A stretch of DNA of 48,897 nucleotides, counting the filler, from Catajapyx aquilonaris (Eukaryota): assembly GCA_000934665.2 (NCBI GenBank). It is 2 parts of 2 records of this genome, joined end to end, with 100 filler letters (N's around TTAATTAATTAA, not from the genome) between each part and the next. Parts side by side here need not be neighbours in the genome. Positions count along the whole stretch, not along the records: positions 1 to 24,380 come from JYFJ02005511.1; 1 more part is not named here. One strand, 5' to 3'. Of the stretch, positions 1 to 12,968 are shown piece by piece; positions within the stretch are counted from its first letter, which is position 1; every line of letters begins with the position of its first letter. The notes under the pieces are model-generated. The model did not search any database. It saw only the letters and a program-made list of their open reading frames with translations, and was not told where the DNA came from. Position numbers and translations under genes: made by a program.

Positions 1-301
1 TAAATGACTCAAATTTAGGATCTTTCCGGTTAGCGGCAATTCTGGCACACTTTACCAGGGAAACAGGCCGTGCGAAGAACGGGCTCTGCTGCTAGTAAGT
101 TACTTGAGTAAATGGCACACACAAAAATGAGCAATGTTCAAAAAATATATGTGGAGTATTTCAGTTAGCGGCTGAAATAAGTTTTACGAGTACGTATGGA
201 GTCATTATTATGCCTGTCTCATTAGAGACGTACTTTCTATAGATAGACTATATGGTAGAGCTAGTGCCAGACAAGTATCACCTTTAAGGCTATAGCCAAG
301 G

Positions 302-373
302 TCCGGTATGGTCTAGTGGTTAGGATACCCGGCTTTCACCCGGGAGGCTCGGGTTCGATTCCCGGTACCGGAA
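302..373 (+). tRNA. tRNA-Glu(TTC)
   Basis: Cloverleaf seen directly: acceptor stem TCCGGTA/TACCGGA, D arm with AGTGG, anticodon stem CCCGG/CCGGG around CT-TTC-AC (TTC at 335-337), T loop GGTTCGATTCC; 72 nt, no encoded CCA. Confidence 0.95.
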
Positions 374-379
374 TGACTA

Positions 380-384
380 TTTTT
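380..384 (+). terminator. Pol III oligo-T terminator of tRNA-Glu
   Basis: TTTTT 6 nt downstream of the discriminator base. Confidence 0.7.
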
Positions 385-1772
385 AAAGCACAATTAAATT
401 AATTAATTTCTATTGGACTTTATACGTTACATGTATTTGACATATAAAGCAATACTGTATATTTAAATTACCTGCCCTGATGCGCACCTGATGCGCCGCC
501 CTAAATCTTGATAAGTGGTTCTAGCAGATGCTGTAACTATGCAGTATGTATTTAGTCATACATGCTCATTAATCAGACGGGGAGATCAGAGTGCATAATA
601 ATTAATGGCATCTGAAATTTACCATGTTTATTTGCAGAGTTGGAGTACTATACTTGAGAATTGAAGTGCCGTAGGTCAACTCTCAGCCCCCCAATTTTAA
701 TCCTTTATATTGCCGGTGCATTAAATTTTCGCGATAATAATGAGCCTCCTAATATAATTACATATCGTTATTATTCCAAGGTCCTTAATATTTAATCAAC
801 TTTTTAATTACCCTGCAGGTGAGTCCATGACGCACGGAAGGTACTCTGCTTCATTTATGATGAAGCAATAATCACCAATATACCGCAAGAATTTTGAACC
901 ATTTTAATTAATTGATCATATTTATAACACGAAGGCTTCAGGATATGATCCGCACGATATGAAAGGGACTATTTATCGTAACTCAACGCTCGCACTGAGA
1001 TTAAAACCCATATCCAATGGATACGGATTTGCAATATTTGCATCGTGGAGATGTATATGTAAATTTCCAGTCCCCATGTCCGCAACACCTGCTTTTAACA
1101 CAGCGAGTGACAGCTGCACACGCGTTCATATCTGTCAAATACGCTGTAGGACACTAACCTTGTAAATGTGTGGGGAAAGAGTTGCACTTTTTTCGCGCAC
1201 AACAGTCGCCAATTTTTATGTCAGCTGCCTAACACACCCGAAACTACATTTGACAAAAAAAAAATCGCACTAAATTTCTCTAATTACATAATTAATTTTA
1301 CATCAAAACCACTGCACCTCATTTAAAAATCCAGCCAAATTCAAATGTCAGAACCAACAAACTAATGCTGTTGGTTTGAATTTACGTAATACCCTCAGCT
1401 AACTGTATAAGCACTTATAAATATGCATCAGCTGGTTTGGAATATTTTTGAAAAGTAATTCACGCCAAATCCGACAGTAACATGCTGGCAAAAATTGCTC
1501 TCGAAATGCTTACTCCAAGAAAAGTGGCTGTATAAATATCAGTTTGCGAATAAGTTATGTGCTAAAAGTACAATACTGTATTGCATGATTTTTCGCAAAT
1601 ACAGTGGTATAAAATAGACGAAACGAAATGCAAATTTGCAAGTGTTTTTTTGCCAGAGTAACTTTCACCTTGCTAGAGTGCTGACTGCACACAAAATAAT
1701 GGTCTCTTTCTAATTTCGTTATCGTTTTCTCTGTCAAAGCAGTGAAGGAGAGTCCCTGCGGGCAAGCTGGCT

Positions 1773-2633
1773 TTGGTGAATTCGGATGAAGGATGGTGGG
1801 AGGCGCTGAAGAAGTACAAAAAGAAGAAAAAGACGCCCGAGGATGCTGGGACGGAAGGGCAGCTTCATCGGAAAGGGACCGCGGCTGGTGGTCGCGTCCT
1901 CCGTTTCCAGCTGTCCCCGAACACTAACAGTCGTCGAGAGGATGTCGACGAGGAGGCCTACGACAGCCAGGGAAACACCAACAGCAACAGCCAAGGTTCG
2001 GACCAGTCTGACCAGAGCCCTCCGGATGGGGTGGTCACCACTGGTGTCACCAGACTCTCCGTGTCGGAGCAGCAGCATCAGGCAATCTACAACCTCAACC
2101 TGTTGTCACCAAGACGGATCGGCAATAAGCTCACGGACTCGGCCAATTCGGTGACAGGACTGGCCACGCCTCTGGCCAGCCGACGACTCTTCCAGAAATT
2201 CGCGCGGAACCGTGCCAGTGCTAGTGCGGGTAATAACAATGGTGCTAACAACAATAACGGTGACAACAACAACGCGACTCCGAGCAGCAGCTCGTGCTCG
2301 GCCCCCGAGGACGGATCCCAGGACTCGAAAGGAAAGGACCCGCAGCCTCCCTCGGCCATCCTTCGACACAGGACTGTGCTGGACCCGAAGGCTCTCCTGG
2401 AGCTGCGGATCCAGAAGGAGAAGGAGCAGGTGGAGCTGCTCAGGAGCGCCAGGCAAAGGGAGGAGCAGAAGATCCTCAACAACATCCGGAGGAGAGTGGC
2501 CGTCAGCCGGATGCTGCACGAAGGGAGATCTGGACCGCATCCCAGGAGGAATAAGGCGGCGGAAAGCGGAGGAGTAGGAGTAGGAGGAAACGACTCCACC
2601 GTCGAGAACAGGAGGAGTCTCCTCTTCAAAAAG
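1773..2633 (+). CDS. Large coding exon of an unidentified low-complexity/coiled-coil protein (poly-K, poly-N, charged helix); 5' boundary uncertain
   Basis: Long stop-free frame in a GC-rich island with GC-ending codons inside AT-rich flanks; ends at AAG|GTACAT donor (GT 2634-2635) near where composition drops; no ATG near the 5' end, in-frame TGA at 1743. Confidence 0.6.
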
Positions 2634-5600
2634 GTACATTCCATGTCACGTTCCTCCAACAGCGTATCCAACAGTATAACGTTACAGATTATTGTCACGT
2701 GGCTAATGTAAGCGTGACGGTATGCGTGACCAGGTTAAAGGTGTGCGAAATGACTGATGCATTAAATTTATATATGGTCATATCACGAGTTACTTCTCCG
2801 ACAACTAGCCAACAATAACGTTTAAAAATATATATAAATCAAAATGGCATCATCACTTGTTGCTTACCTAAACATTAGGTCACGTCGCATATACAGTTAT
2901 GTTTTTAAGGCGCAGTACCATGTTTTATTAATGTTATTATCTGGTCCGCATTAACTTTTTTTTGCAAGTGGCCATGATAATATTTGGGCGAGTGGTAGGC
3001 TATACTGTCCTAACTCCGCCATAAAATGTTTTTTTATTTACCAGGAGGAATAACCGACTGACTAGTTGGCGATATATAATCTATCACGCATTACAGCATT
3101 GTACAGTAATTAGGCTTGTACATTACAGTACAGGCTACAGTATATACCATATCCCCAAAACTATTGATATTTTGAAATATGCTGCTGCGGATTTGTTCCC
3201 ACGGCAGGCTACGCAGTATACTGCATACTGTGTAATATAAGGCTATAAAACAGGTACAGTACAGGCACCAGGCACCCTAGGTACAGACACCCTACATTAA
3301 AACTTGTAAAGTGTTTAGTTAATAGAGGAGCTTGAGTAATTAACATGCAACTTGTATAGGGTAAAATATGAAGCTTAAACTCCAACCGAGACAGTCCTTT
3401 GCGACTTTGCATTAATAACTACTTACAGTACCGGTATGTGAAAAAAGTTTCCGTTTACACAAGTAAAATAACATGCTCCTACCAAAAGAAAATGCATGTC
3501 CCGTTCTGTAAATAGATAAAAACATAAAAATCTGGACCTACAGTAGTTAAAATGTTATACCATGATGGTTATCTTGAAGCGCCGAATATGCATGCAGAAT
3601 AGACGTAATGGAAATTCCCAAAAATTCCCAGAAAACTACTGGTGTATTAGATGTCAAATTACTACGTATTACTCGTATAATTTTCATGTCCTTCATACAA
3701 TATTTTTCTCCGGGGAAACCTCAATTCATCGTTTTTGTCGGGAGACCTGAAAAACAGTGGATCAGGGAAAACGATACATACGGGACGATAGACCGGGGTT
3801 TTACTATATGTGGGTAATCATCGAGAGACTATTTTTTAATACATTTTCTGAGAATTATAATTATGACAGTTCTGTGAAAGTCATGTTAAATGTTTGAATT
3901 TAGGTTACGCAGTTATCTTTGATTAAAATGGTGGTTTACTCAGGGTACACATACGTATTCTGGGAGCGCTTATTCAGGCTGTTCCCCCTGGATGCACTTG
4001 GCGAAAGGTAAAACTGTTAAAGCGACACAGAGTGTTTGTACTCTGTCATGACGTAATACCCGCAATATTATTCGTGATATGCCAGCGTTATTCACTCCAG
4101 ACAAAACAAAAGCGCCATTGTCAATCCCAAAAGAATGCTGTCCATCACCCCCGGTGCGGGTGGTAATAAAGGACTCATAATTGAAAGAACATTCCGTGAC
4201 TCTCGCATATATACCCTTCCAGCACACGAGAACTGTAAAAAAGCACGCAGATGCGGTAAACGCGAACAGGTGTGCCTCTCACGAGGTGGAAACTTGCCCG
4301 GTAAAAGGTTCATGAACTATACCAGAGTGCGTAAACACTGAATATTTGCTCGAGACTACTGTAAACTTTGAGGGGGGTCTGTACAGTGTGCGGCGGATAC
4401 AACGTCAGCGAAACAATTTTCATGCTGCTAATTGGCTCAAACTCCGCACTTGGGTTTGCCAAAATGGTGTTGAAATGTCCTTCAGACGCAAGTTGCTTGA
4501 AAGGCCAAGGAAAAAGCCCTAGGTGTTCCTGAACCCTCCAACGATCTTGGCTTCTGCACGCCTACTTCAAGGAGTAATCAATCAATCAGATCAGAAAACC
4601 TTATCAAAATCTCCTCCCAACACATTACCTGCACTTTTTGGCTTCTATTTTTAAACCTGAAAAGGTCTAACGGTGAGCAGGAGGACTAGTAATTTTTGGG
4701 GCCTCGATGTTGCAATATGTTAGCGGCTTGGGCGTAATATATACGATCAAATTCTGCGCAATAGCTCATAAATACAACGCAGGTGTTGCAATATTATAAT
4801 GGATAATTGATATTTTTTGCTGCTTGGAATTTTGTAACAGTTTTTGAATTTTAGCATCGACTAACTGCAAATAAATGCGCCGCATGTAATTACAAATTCA
4901 CTTGGACGTAAGACCTGATTAATGAGGGCTATGACGTCATAAATGATAGAAATGTCAGAAAAAAAATATATACTCTTCAAAACTTCATTTACGTATTCAT
5001 GGCTGGGCTTGATGACACGATGAACTTTTTATGAAGCAAAATAACATTATGCAATTTCACTTTCGGCTAATTGCACGGTTCTGCTATTGTAACTGTAATA
5101 TTCTGACTTGCTTTTGGCCTGCTTCCTCAATAAGTACTACATACTGTAACAGTAAACTTCAGCTACAAAATTGTCGAGGAAAAAACATGATCACGTTTCG
5201 TTGCCCGAAGGAACCGAGGGTATTTAGCAAAAATTGAGGTAGCAATTATTCATCTGCTATGTCCTTTGAAGTTGGCATAAAAGCGGACTTTGTATCGGAC
5301 AAAAAAATATATCTTAACAACTGAAACCGAATTCTGAAACCGCAAGTAAGCTAAATTACCAAAGCAACAACGTTCTCAAAATTACTTAACATGTGTTTAT
5401 GAAACCTGCCGTTTGCGGTTTACTAGCAGCTGTGTAATTGCAACCTCGATTTATAGCGATTTCGAGGCGCCCCATTTAGCATTTATTCATGCGTGGTAAT
5501 GGAGGAATCCTACTCTTTGCCAAGTAATTAAGTGCAATTAACCTGGCAAAGCAAAAATCATATCCCCAATTATGAAGACGTATGCGACTCATATTACCGC

Positions 5601-6875
5601 ACACGATACATTGTGTGCTGCAGCAAAACCCCGAATGTAGAGCACACTTTTGCTAATATTTTTGCAAGCTACGTTATCCATATCTATTTTCTGTCAGAAC
5701 GTAAGGCAGTTAGTGTCACCTCCTAAATATATAAAAAAAATCTAGACATGCCTTATACACGTCATCTCCCCAGTTTGTCTAAGAAATAGCTCTGCAATGC
5801 CCTACTTTTCACTTCCCAATTTTTTGCAGTGTTTCCAGCACTTTAAATGGCAAGTAACAGGCTCAATCTACTGATTCCTAACTGTTTTAGCCAATTACGA
5901 ATATCTGCAATCAGTTATCAGGATTCTACTGCAATGTTTATTACGCCAGAGTTCAACGCATTAGCAATTAATTTGTCATTATTGGTGCCCGGATAAACAA
6001 TTCACAAGATAGTACTTACACAAAGTTTGCACACATTATGACAGGTGTGTCCAGAATTTGCGGCAGATAAATGCATAGCAAAAATCCTGCTTTTAACAGG
6101 ATAATTGGCAACCGTAAACAAAAATGCACTCTGTACAAATTGGTCTAACGCAATGCCAGTTAAACTAACAATTGAGTGTGGTTATCGATTTGTTCGCAAA
6201 CTCCATTTTTTTTCTCTCTCTCTCTCTGTGTGACGACTGTGAACATCTGGCCTCGTGTTCTCGAACCAAGTTACTGAAATTGGAAGCCATGTAATTGTCG
6301 CGGGGAAACTCATCCCTAATCATTGTAGGACAATGAAAGTGTAGTAGGGGCTGCAGCCCATCCCCGAAAGTTGATCCAGTGCGGAATGGAATTGATCCAA
6401 ACAGAGTGCTGCTGGCTGCCAACACTATAGGAGGGTTGAATGTTCCAGGAGATGAAATCAGGTAGATCGAAGCAAACTGGTGCAGACCCACTTTTTTGTC
6501 GAATCAGCTGCCAGACAGACTTCCGGATGTTGACTCAATCATTTTCGTGAAAATTTCCGGAATATGTAGGAACCTGCTGGTACACCCTGTAAGGTCCCAG
6601 CAAGACTTTATATACCGGTTTCTCGCGGACATGGAACACACGCCCTCTCTTTTCTCTCGGGTCTTCAATTCCGGTGGACCGCAAACAATTGCAGAAATCT
6701 TGCACAGCGTACATTGAAAATTCATGAGTGGCCATGTGAATATTTCAAGGGATGCCGCAGCCAGGAGACCGATATTTCAGATGGTACAGCACCGCAAGCA
6801 GCACGCACTCTGTAGCAGCATCAACCGGTTGCCACATATACACTGTACGCTTCACTGTAAGTTATGGTTCAAGCT

Positions 6876-7130
6876 TATGAAAAAATTTGAGTGTTTTTCC
6901 ACTCGATTTTAGCCATTTTAACTCTTTCGCCTACCGGTACTTGATTTGACTCCCACTCCTTTTAAGTGGAAATCACTCTTTGAGTCACTCATTTTCACTC
7001 TTATTTCGAGTAATATTCCACTCGATTATAGTTAAAATAAATATTTCCGGAGTGAAATTCCCTCAAAAAGAGAATTTTGCGAAATTGATACTTTTCGAGT
7101 GAAATTTTTACTCGAAATATATTTTTAGAG
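6876..7130. repeat. Dispersed repeat (MITE-like, CACTCAA/TTGAGTG-rich), copy 1
   Basis: 3' part (TTTCGAGTAAT...CGGAGTGAAA...GAGAATTTTGCGAAA...AATATATTTTTAGAG) aligns by eye with 8520-8656. Confidence 0.6.
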
Positions 7131-7980
7131 CGACATTATAAGAAGTGACAGAAATCTGTAACAAAGCTAAATCAGAATTTCCTGTTTTCTGAAGGATAGC
7201 CTGGTTTTGATAATAACCTACTCCAGATCTTATTACATTCTCCAGACTCTCTGTGAGAAATGTCTGTCTAGCTGTTAAAAAGAAAGTCAGATCCTTCCAC
7301 TCTCTCGAGATAATATAATTAAAACATTCCTCCCAGCTAATGTTCGTGATTTTGCAAGATTTTCGTGCCTTAGAAGGGAGGAATAAATCTCTGGAAAGCA
7401 TGAAAAACTGCTGGGATGATGATGAGAACGCGTCGTTTGGCCCAAGTTATAACTCATGCGCGTGATGGCGGACGATTACTCTTTGGATATTCAGTCAATA
7501 CACCTTTTAGAGAGCCCTAATTGCAACCAGATGGAGCAACTTGTTACATATATCTCTCCTGAATTTTACCAAACAAGGTGTGTGTATCCGGTCTTCTCGA
7601 CACCCTTTTTCTCTCTCACACAATCGACTACACAGGGGGGGCCAGGTTTTTCAGCCGGAAAATGTAAATTTATGGGCGCAGCCAAGACACTTTGGTATTC
7701 AACTGTAATCCTCCTCTGGGAAGCCGAGCTTGCGTTCAATGCAAATACACGTGTGCAAAGGGCAAAGACCTCGGCCTCGTTTAAGAACAGCATGCGGGGC
7801 ATAAATCCTTCGGGCCCCGAATTTTATTCATTTGCAGTGTGGGCGGGGGCGGATAAATTATTGTGTAACATGTCGCAACTCTTGCTTATTGACCCGTTTG
7901 CACAAAAAATAAAAGAGATAACACTAATTCTTATGCAGGTACAGAGGGCGGGAATTTTCGTAAATTAGCTGTTGCATGTG

Positions 7981-8310
7981 TTGCAAATTGTTAGCAAATT
8001 TTGGATCAACTTTTGTGCTGAAAATGGAAAAGCTGCAAGCAAAATGCTGTTATTTATTTAGTATGCACTCTATACATTTTTGTGACTCAATCTTCTACCT
8101 GGATTGATTGCGGCTCTAATTCAGTGAAAATCACTCGATCACTTGAGTGAAATATATTCACTTAACTGAGCAATCATTTCACCCTTTAAAATTTTATTTT
8201 TAGTTTTCTGTCGAATGTACTGGCAAATTGTTAGCAAATTTAGGCGCAACTTTTTTTCTGATATTGTGAAAGATGCAAACAAAATGTGTTAGTTATTTAG
8301 TACGCATTCT
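7981..8310 (+). repeat. Local direct duplication (7981-8070 vs 8221-8310, 240-bp offset)
   Basis: GCAAATTGTTAGCAAATTT...CAACTTTT...AAAATG...TTATTTA...GCA shared. Confidence 0.7.
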
Positions 8311-8656
8311 TAAAAAAACTTCAGTGGTTTTCTATTCAATTTGAGTAATTTTCACCCAATTTGAGTCGCAATCAATTCAGGTAGAAGATTGAATGAAAAA
8401 TCACTCAAATTGAATGGAAAACGACTGAAATTGAATGGAAAACCACTCAAATGGAGTGAAATATTTTCACTCAAACTGAACGATCATCTCACCGAAAAAG
8501 CAGCTTCCAGCTCATTTTCTCTATTCTTTCGAGTAATCTTCACTCGATTTATGGTAAAGCTAATCTTTGCGGAGTGAAAATCACTCAAAAAGAGCATTTT
8601 GCGAAAGTGCTAAATTGTTAAGTGGAATTTCCTTACTCACAATATATTTTATAGAG
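8305..8656. repeat. Dispersed repeat (MITE-like, CACTCAA/TTGAGTG-rich), copy 2
   Basis: Similar to 6876-7130; internal AAATTGAATGGAAAA sub-repeats. Confidence 0.6.
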
Positions 8657-9620
8657 ATGGCTCCACACTTCTCAGCACAGAAATTTATACGAGCAATTCA
8701 CCTTTCTTGGTCAACTTAATTAATTTTCTTCCAATTAAGTCTCGAACATTTTGCAAATTTCACTCAGAATATTGCTTGTTAATGACTGCCTGGGAGCGGG
8801 TACACTTTGCTGCAGGTACACTTTTATCCGGGGCAAAATTCCTCCGAAAATTCCGGGAGAAAACCGACCCTTCCCCGCCTCATTCCCTCCCCAACAACCC
8901 TTTTATCTCGTGATTGATTGCATCCGTAATTAAGTGTCGCAAACAGAAAAGCTGGCAGCTGGCTGCGGAGGCACCCCCGGGAGAGCCCCCAGAACAGGTC
9001 CCAAATCGTTAGCTGGTAAAACTCCGGGGGAATTTGTCTATTTTGCGGGTACACACCGAAAAATCCAGGAGAAAATCCCTTCCCGTGTGTTTCCACCGAA
9101 AGGTCAATGTCCGGCTTGAATCGGTAGTCGCTTCTCTCAAAAACCGGATTGCCAGAACTGGGTCCTAATTGGCCCAGGAGACGCAGAAATTTTTAATGAG
9201 GACGCACAGCTTCATGAAGTGCGACTTGACTCAAAGTAGGGGAAACCTTCCTCGCATGAATGGTGAGGAAAATCAGTTTTATGAGCTCTTTCCTTCCCAC
9301 TGGGGGATACGGCGTCGCTCCCTGCACGTGATGAATGAAGCCTAATAAGCCATGCAAATAAGGCTGGGAGGAAGGGGGGAAGCTGCGATCCATCCTCTTC
9401 GTTTCCTCCCTGAAGACGACATTTTCTCTCCAGGAGGTGGGGGCGTCTAGTTACTCGTCTCAAGTCCCACTCGATTTTCTAAAGAGGACTGGACGACTCC
9501 CCAGAAAGCTATGCAATCAGCGGACCATCTGCATTGCAAAGCTGATGGCGGGGAAAGTCGCTCGGCTAATCGCTGCGAATCTTGCTCAGCTGCTGCTTCT
9601 GCGGGTTACGGTTCATCTTA

Positions 9621-9810
9621 TCTGTGATTTCACGTCATGGAGAGCGATTTAGAGTCAATACGAACTATTTCATGTCCTGGCGAACGATTTTATATCACGA
9701 TGAGCGACTTCATGGCACATTGAGCGATTTTGTGTAATGATGAGCAATAGTGAGACATGACGAGCGATTTTGTGTCCTGGCGAGCGATTTTATATCACGG
9801 TGAGCGATAT
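9621..9810 (+). repeat. 20-bp-period minisatellite with conserved YGAGCGATTT core
   Basis: Core recurs at 9641, 9661, 9681, 9701, 9721, 9741, 9761, 9781, 9801. Confidence 0.85.
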
Positions 9811-9864
9811 ATTACCCGGCAGATTTTAACACGGGTTAAGCCCTGATATAATTGCGTAGTTGGC

Positions 9865-10530
9865 CTAATAATTTTGGGCGTTTGGGGCAATTTGAACCGT
9901 GGAAATTAGGGCGTCGTAGGTTGTTGTTGTAGACATTGATTCAGGGGTAAGACAACACCAAATCAGAGAGGAGTAGGTCGATGGGTTAAGTGGAACCATT
10001 AGTTCCTCTCCTTTTAATTGCACTTGGCACGGCTGGGTTCCAATAAGCTTTGGTGGCGTCAAAGGAGATGGGGGATGAAGAAAATGCCTGATTTAGTTTG
10101 AGAGGGGGTCCCGCCCCTGGCGAAAGGCCATTTTCTTCTAAAGGTTGGAGACAGAATTCCTGCGGGGTCCAATGTGTCGTCATCCGCCGGCAGAGGACGA
10201 TTGATGGCCATAAAGTTGATAAGGCCAAAAAACCAGGGGGTAATGCACCGTTCGACTTTGCTTCCTAATGAATGGCATCGGGATCCATCGGGACTTCCCC
10301 TTTTTTCCTTTTTTCTCTATCCAGTCATGCAGCACCAGAATTCGATTAGTGGGGCATTGGCGCAGGTGCCAGCACCACGGATGGCTCCTCTGAGAGCTTC
10401 ATCATCGCTCAAGTTCATTTTTTTGCCAGTGGCGAGGCCTTTAAGGGCTCTCTTGATGTATGGCATTATGTCGTGCAGCACGCAGACCGTGCTTTTTACC
10501 CCCTTGCTACAATCGTCTGTCACGCCCCAC
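9865..10530 (-). pseudogene. Possible decayed coding region of unknown origin
   Basis: Frame from about 10523 to 10059 has a single internal stop (10317-10319); overlapping open frames continue to 9865; TTGTTTTATAG acceptor-like site at 10531. Confidence 0.25.
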
Positions 10531-12840
10531 TATAAAACAAGTGTTGTAATGTGTTTTTACAGTCCAATCAAATCAGTGGATGTCCCACGAATGAGCATTC
10601 GTCGTCTGTGCAAAAACAACAAAGGAGATCGATTGCACCCACTGTGATTGCTGTGTCTCAGAATATTGCACTTTGTAATGTTTGATCAAGAGTCCAGAGC
10701 AAGAAGAATTATTGAATGTTTACCTCACAGCCACTGTGAGGAGAAGAAACAATCTGGAAGACTGAATTTAAGACGTGGAATCTCCAGATGAACTTGGCAA
10801 AATCTGAAGAGAATATATACTGGTCAGTATTCACGTGGGCAGCGACAGGCACTTTCTCGTGATGTATGATGCTGCAATGACGTCACAGTTCCCTGTCTGG
10901 CAATATCTCATTTATCACAGGCAATAATTTATCGGTCCCTAAAGAATGAGTATCATATAGTCTATGAATCGCACTTTTGACAGTGTCACTCTGCTAATGA
11001 CGTTTTGTTCCATTACTTTCGGCTACTTCACAATCATGTTCGTGATCAGGGAATACAATGACAGAGCTCACCATGGTTACAGCGTATGATTGTGTAATTG
11101 ACGTTACAGTCACATGATGGAAATGTGGTTACAATTATGGTGCACATGACTAGATAAGTCTATAACCAATGAGTCATTTTTACAATATTTAGTTTCATTT
11201 AATTTAATATCGTGCCGTATCGTACAAAACATATGAAAAGAATCGTTTCTTCACAGTCGTATTGTTGCATACTGTAGATTCATCTGACAACGTCAATTAC
11301 AGCCTATTATCCGTCCAGTAACAAATGCCTCTCTTTTCACGACAGTCCCACAAAACACTGCACTTTATCTGCAGCAAAATCGACATTTCCCTTTTTCCCC
11401 ATCCCAACAATGCCATCCGCAAAATAAAAAACCAAGCTGCCCACAAAATCTGTCAATTTTCTGACGCACACTTTTGTTCCTGCTCGGAATCCTGACTACA
11501 GCACTCTACGGTAGGACCTCCGCTACAGTATACTGGAAACAATAATTAATTGTTCCGCTTTTCAAAAAAAAAAAAAAACGACATCTCTTTTTCCCTCCGT
11601 CTGCCCTGGTAACCCTTGTGGCTAAAGGCACGTCTGGATCCGCTCTGATAAATGAGTATTCACTTGTCTGGCTGTCGTCCATCTCTGCTACTAGTAGGCA
11701 ATCGTGACACATTTTTTTCTCTCTCTAACTCTTCGTATAGCATTTCCTGCATTGTAATCAAACTTCCAAGGTCTGTGGGTCTGTTGTATCGCGGCCTTGA
11801 CATGGTAAAAGCAAAATCCGGGCTCCGGTATTGTTGCACTTATCATTTTCCAGAGCCGGGGACGCTAATTAGCCTCTTTCCAGCTCCTTGCCTTTCCTGA
11901 ATCGTAATTGGGTTTTCCCTTGAGGACGGTGGGGGTATAGTGGGCAATAAATCTGGAGGAGAAGGAAAAGAAAATCAGGGGGATGCCATTACCAGCTCCA
12001 GTTTAGTGCTTTCCATGACATTGGTTTTTCCAGATGCGGGGATCCATTCCCAGCCACCAAACAACCTCCATAACTTCAAATATTTATTTTCACTCGGCAC
12101 TGGACACATTTTTTGAGGGCAAGCATCCATTTGTATGCGCAACTCGTTCATATCGCTGGATGAAACGAGAAATGCTATTTGTTGAGCAGGGTAGGCATTT
12201 TGTGTACTTAGGTACAGTAATCTACGTACAATAGTTTGTACGAATTCTTGTCATGTGAAACAGGCATTCTATTTTTACATGGCAAGGATTCGTACAAAAT
12301 ATTATAGTGTAGCGGTAACTGATCTCTCAAATATCAATAGCAGCATCATTATGCAAAGAGTGTTCGTTGGGTTGCATCATGCCAGGATGAAACAAAGCGG
12401 AGGTGGAAGGGTAGGCATCGAACGAACTGACTGCTGGAGAAAATGTGGCGTTGTACTTTCCAAAACCAACATGATGTTGTCCGGATTTCCAGGGCTCGAT
12501 TTCTAATCCGGCTGCTAAAACCTGGGGCTTGTATACGGGACCAACAAGAGACAATTCCTCTCTCACAAGTCCCCCGGAACTAATGTAGATGAGAGCAATC
12601 TTGGTGCCATTAAGAGGATTTGGTATCCTGAGCTACTCCATCGATTCACACTTGTGTTATACCACGGCGCCTTGGTGAGGTTTCTGTTGGCTGGTGTTGC
12701 CTGGTTGCGCCGCAGAATTTTGGCCCAAAAAATCGATGATTAATTGCGAGGTATTTTTGGAGTAAAAGGGTTAATCAACATCTCACGCACAGGACGGCCT
12801 TGAACTACGGAATATTCAGGAGAAATCACCTTAACATGTG

Positions 12841-12968
12841 TGATATTAAAATGTTTCGTTGTGTTATGACCGACTCTTCTGATTGGCTCCGCGTATAGTA
12901 TTGCTTCCGGTTGGCCCACGATCTGCACCTGCGCAATGGGAACGAGCAGCGCCTCTGGTGGATGGCAG
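12841..12968 (+). repeat. Dispersed repeat with CCAAT-like boxes, copy 1
   Basis: ATATTAAAAT..TTCGTTGT..ATGACCGA..CTTCTGATTGGC..CTTCCG.TTGGCCC..CCTGCGCAATGGGA..GCAGCRCCTCTGGTGG shared with 15091-15220. Confidence 0.8.

Noticed and set aside
1734..2698. Overlapping antisense and alternative-frame ORFs (114, 203, 177, 121 aa and others)
   Set aside because: Shadows of the GC-rich plus-strand exon
3780..3808. Tigger-like right end GACCGGGGTTTTACTAT
   Set aside because: No matching left TIR found
4605..4662. Minus-strand 28-nt exon-like stretch reading FKNRSQK, reminiscent of homeobox helix 3
   Set aside because: Too short, poor match after FKNR and no other homeodomain exon found
6165..7968. 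Cluster of 60-170 aa ORFs with coding-like composition, including a GPYRV motif like an integrase GPY/F region
   Set aside because: Many stops, no consistent strand and no other retroelement motif; could be a very old relic but unsupported
9621..9810. CRISPR-like repeat/spacer alternation
   Set aside because: Units are only 10+10 bp, the spacers resemble each other, there are no cas genes and the context is eukaryotic
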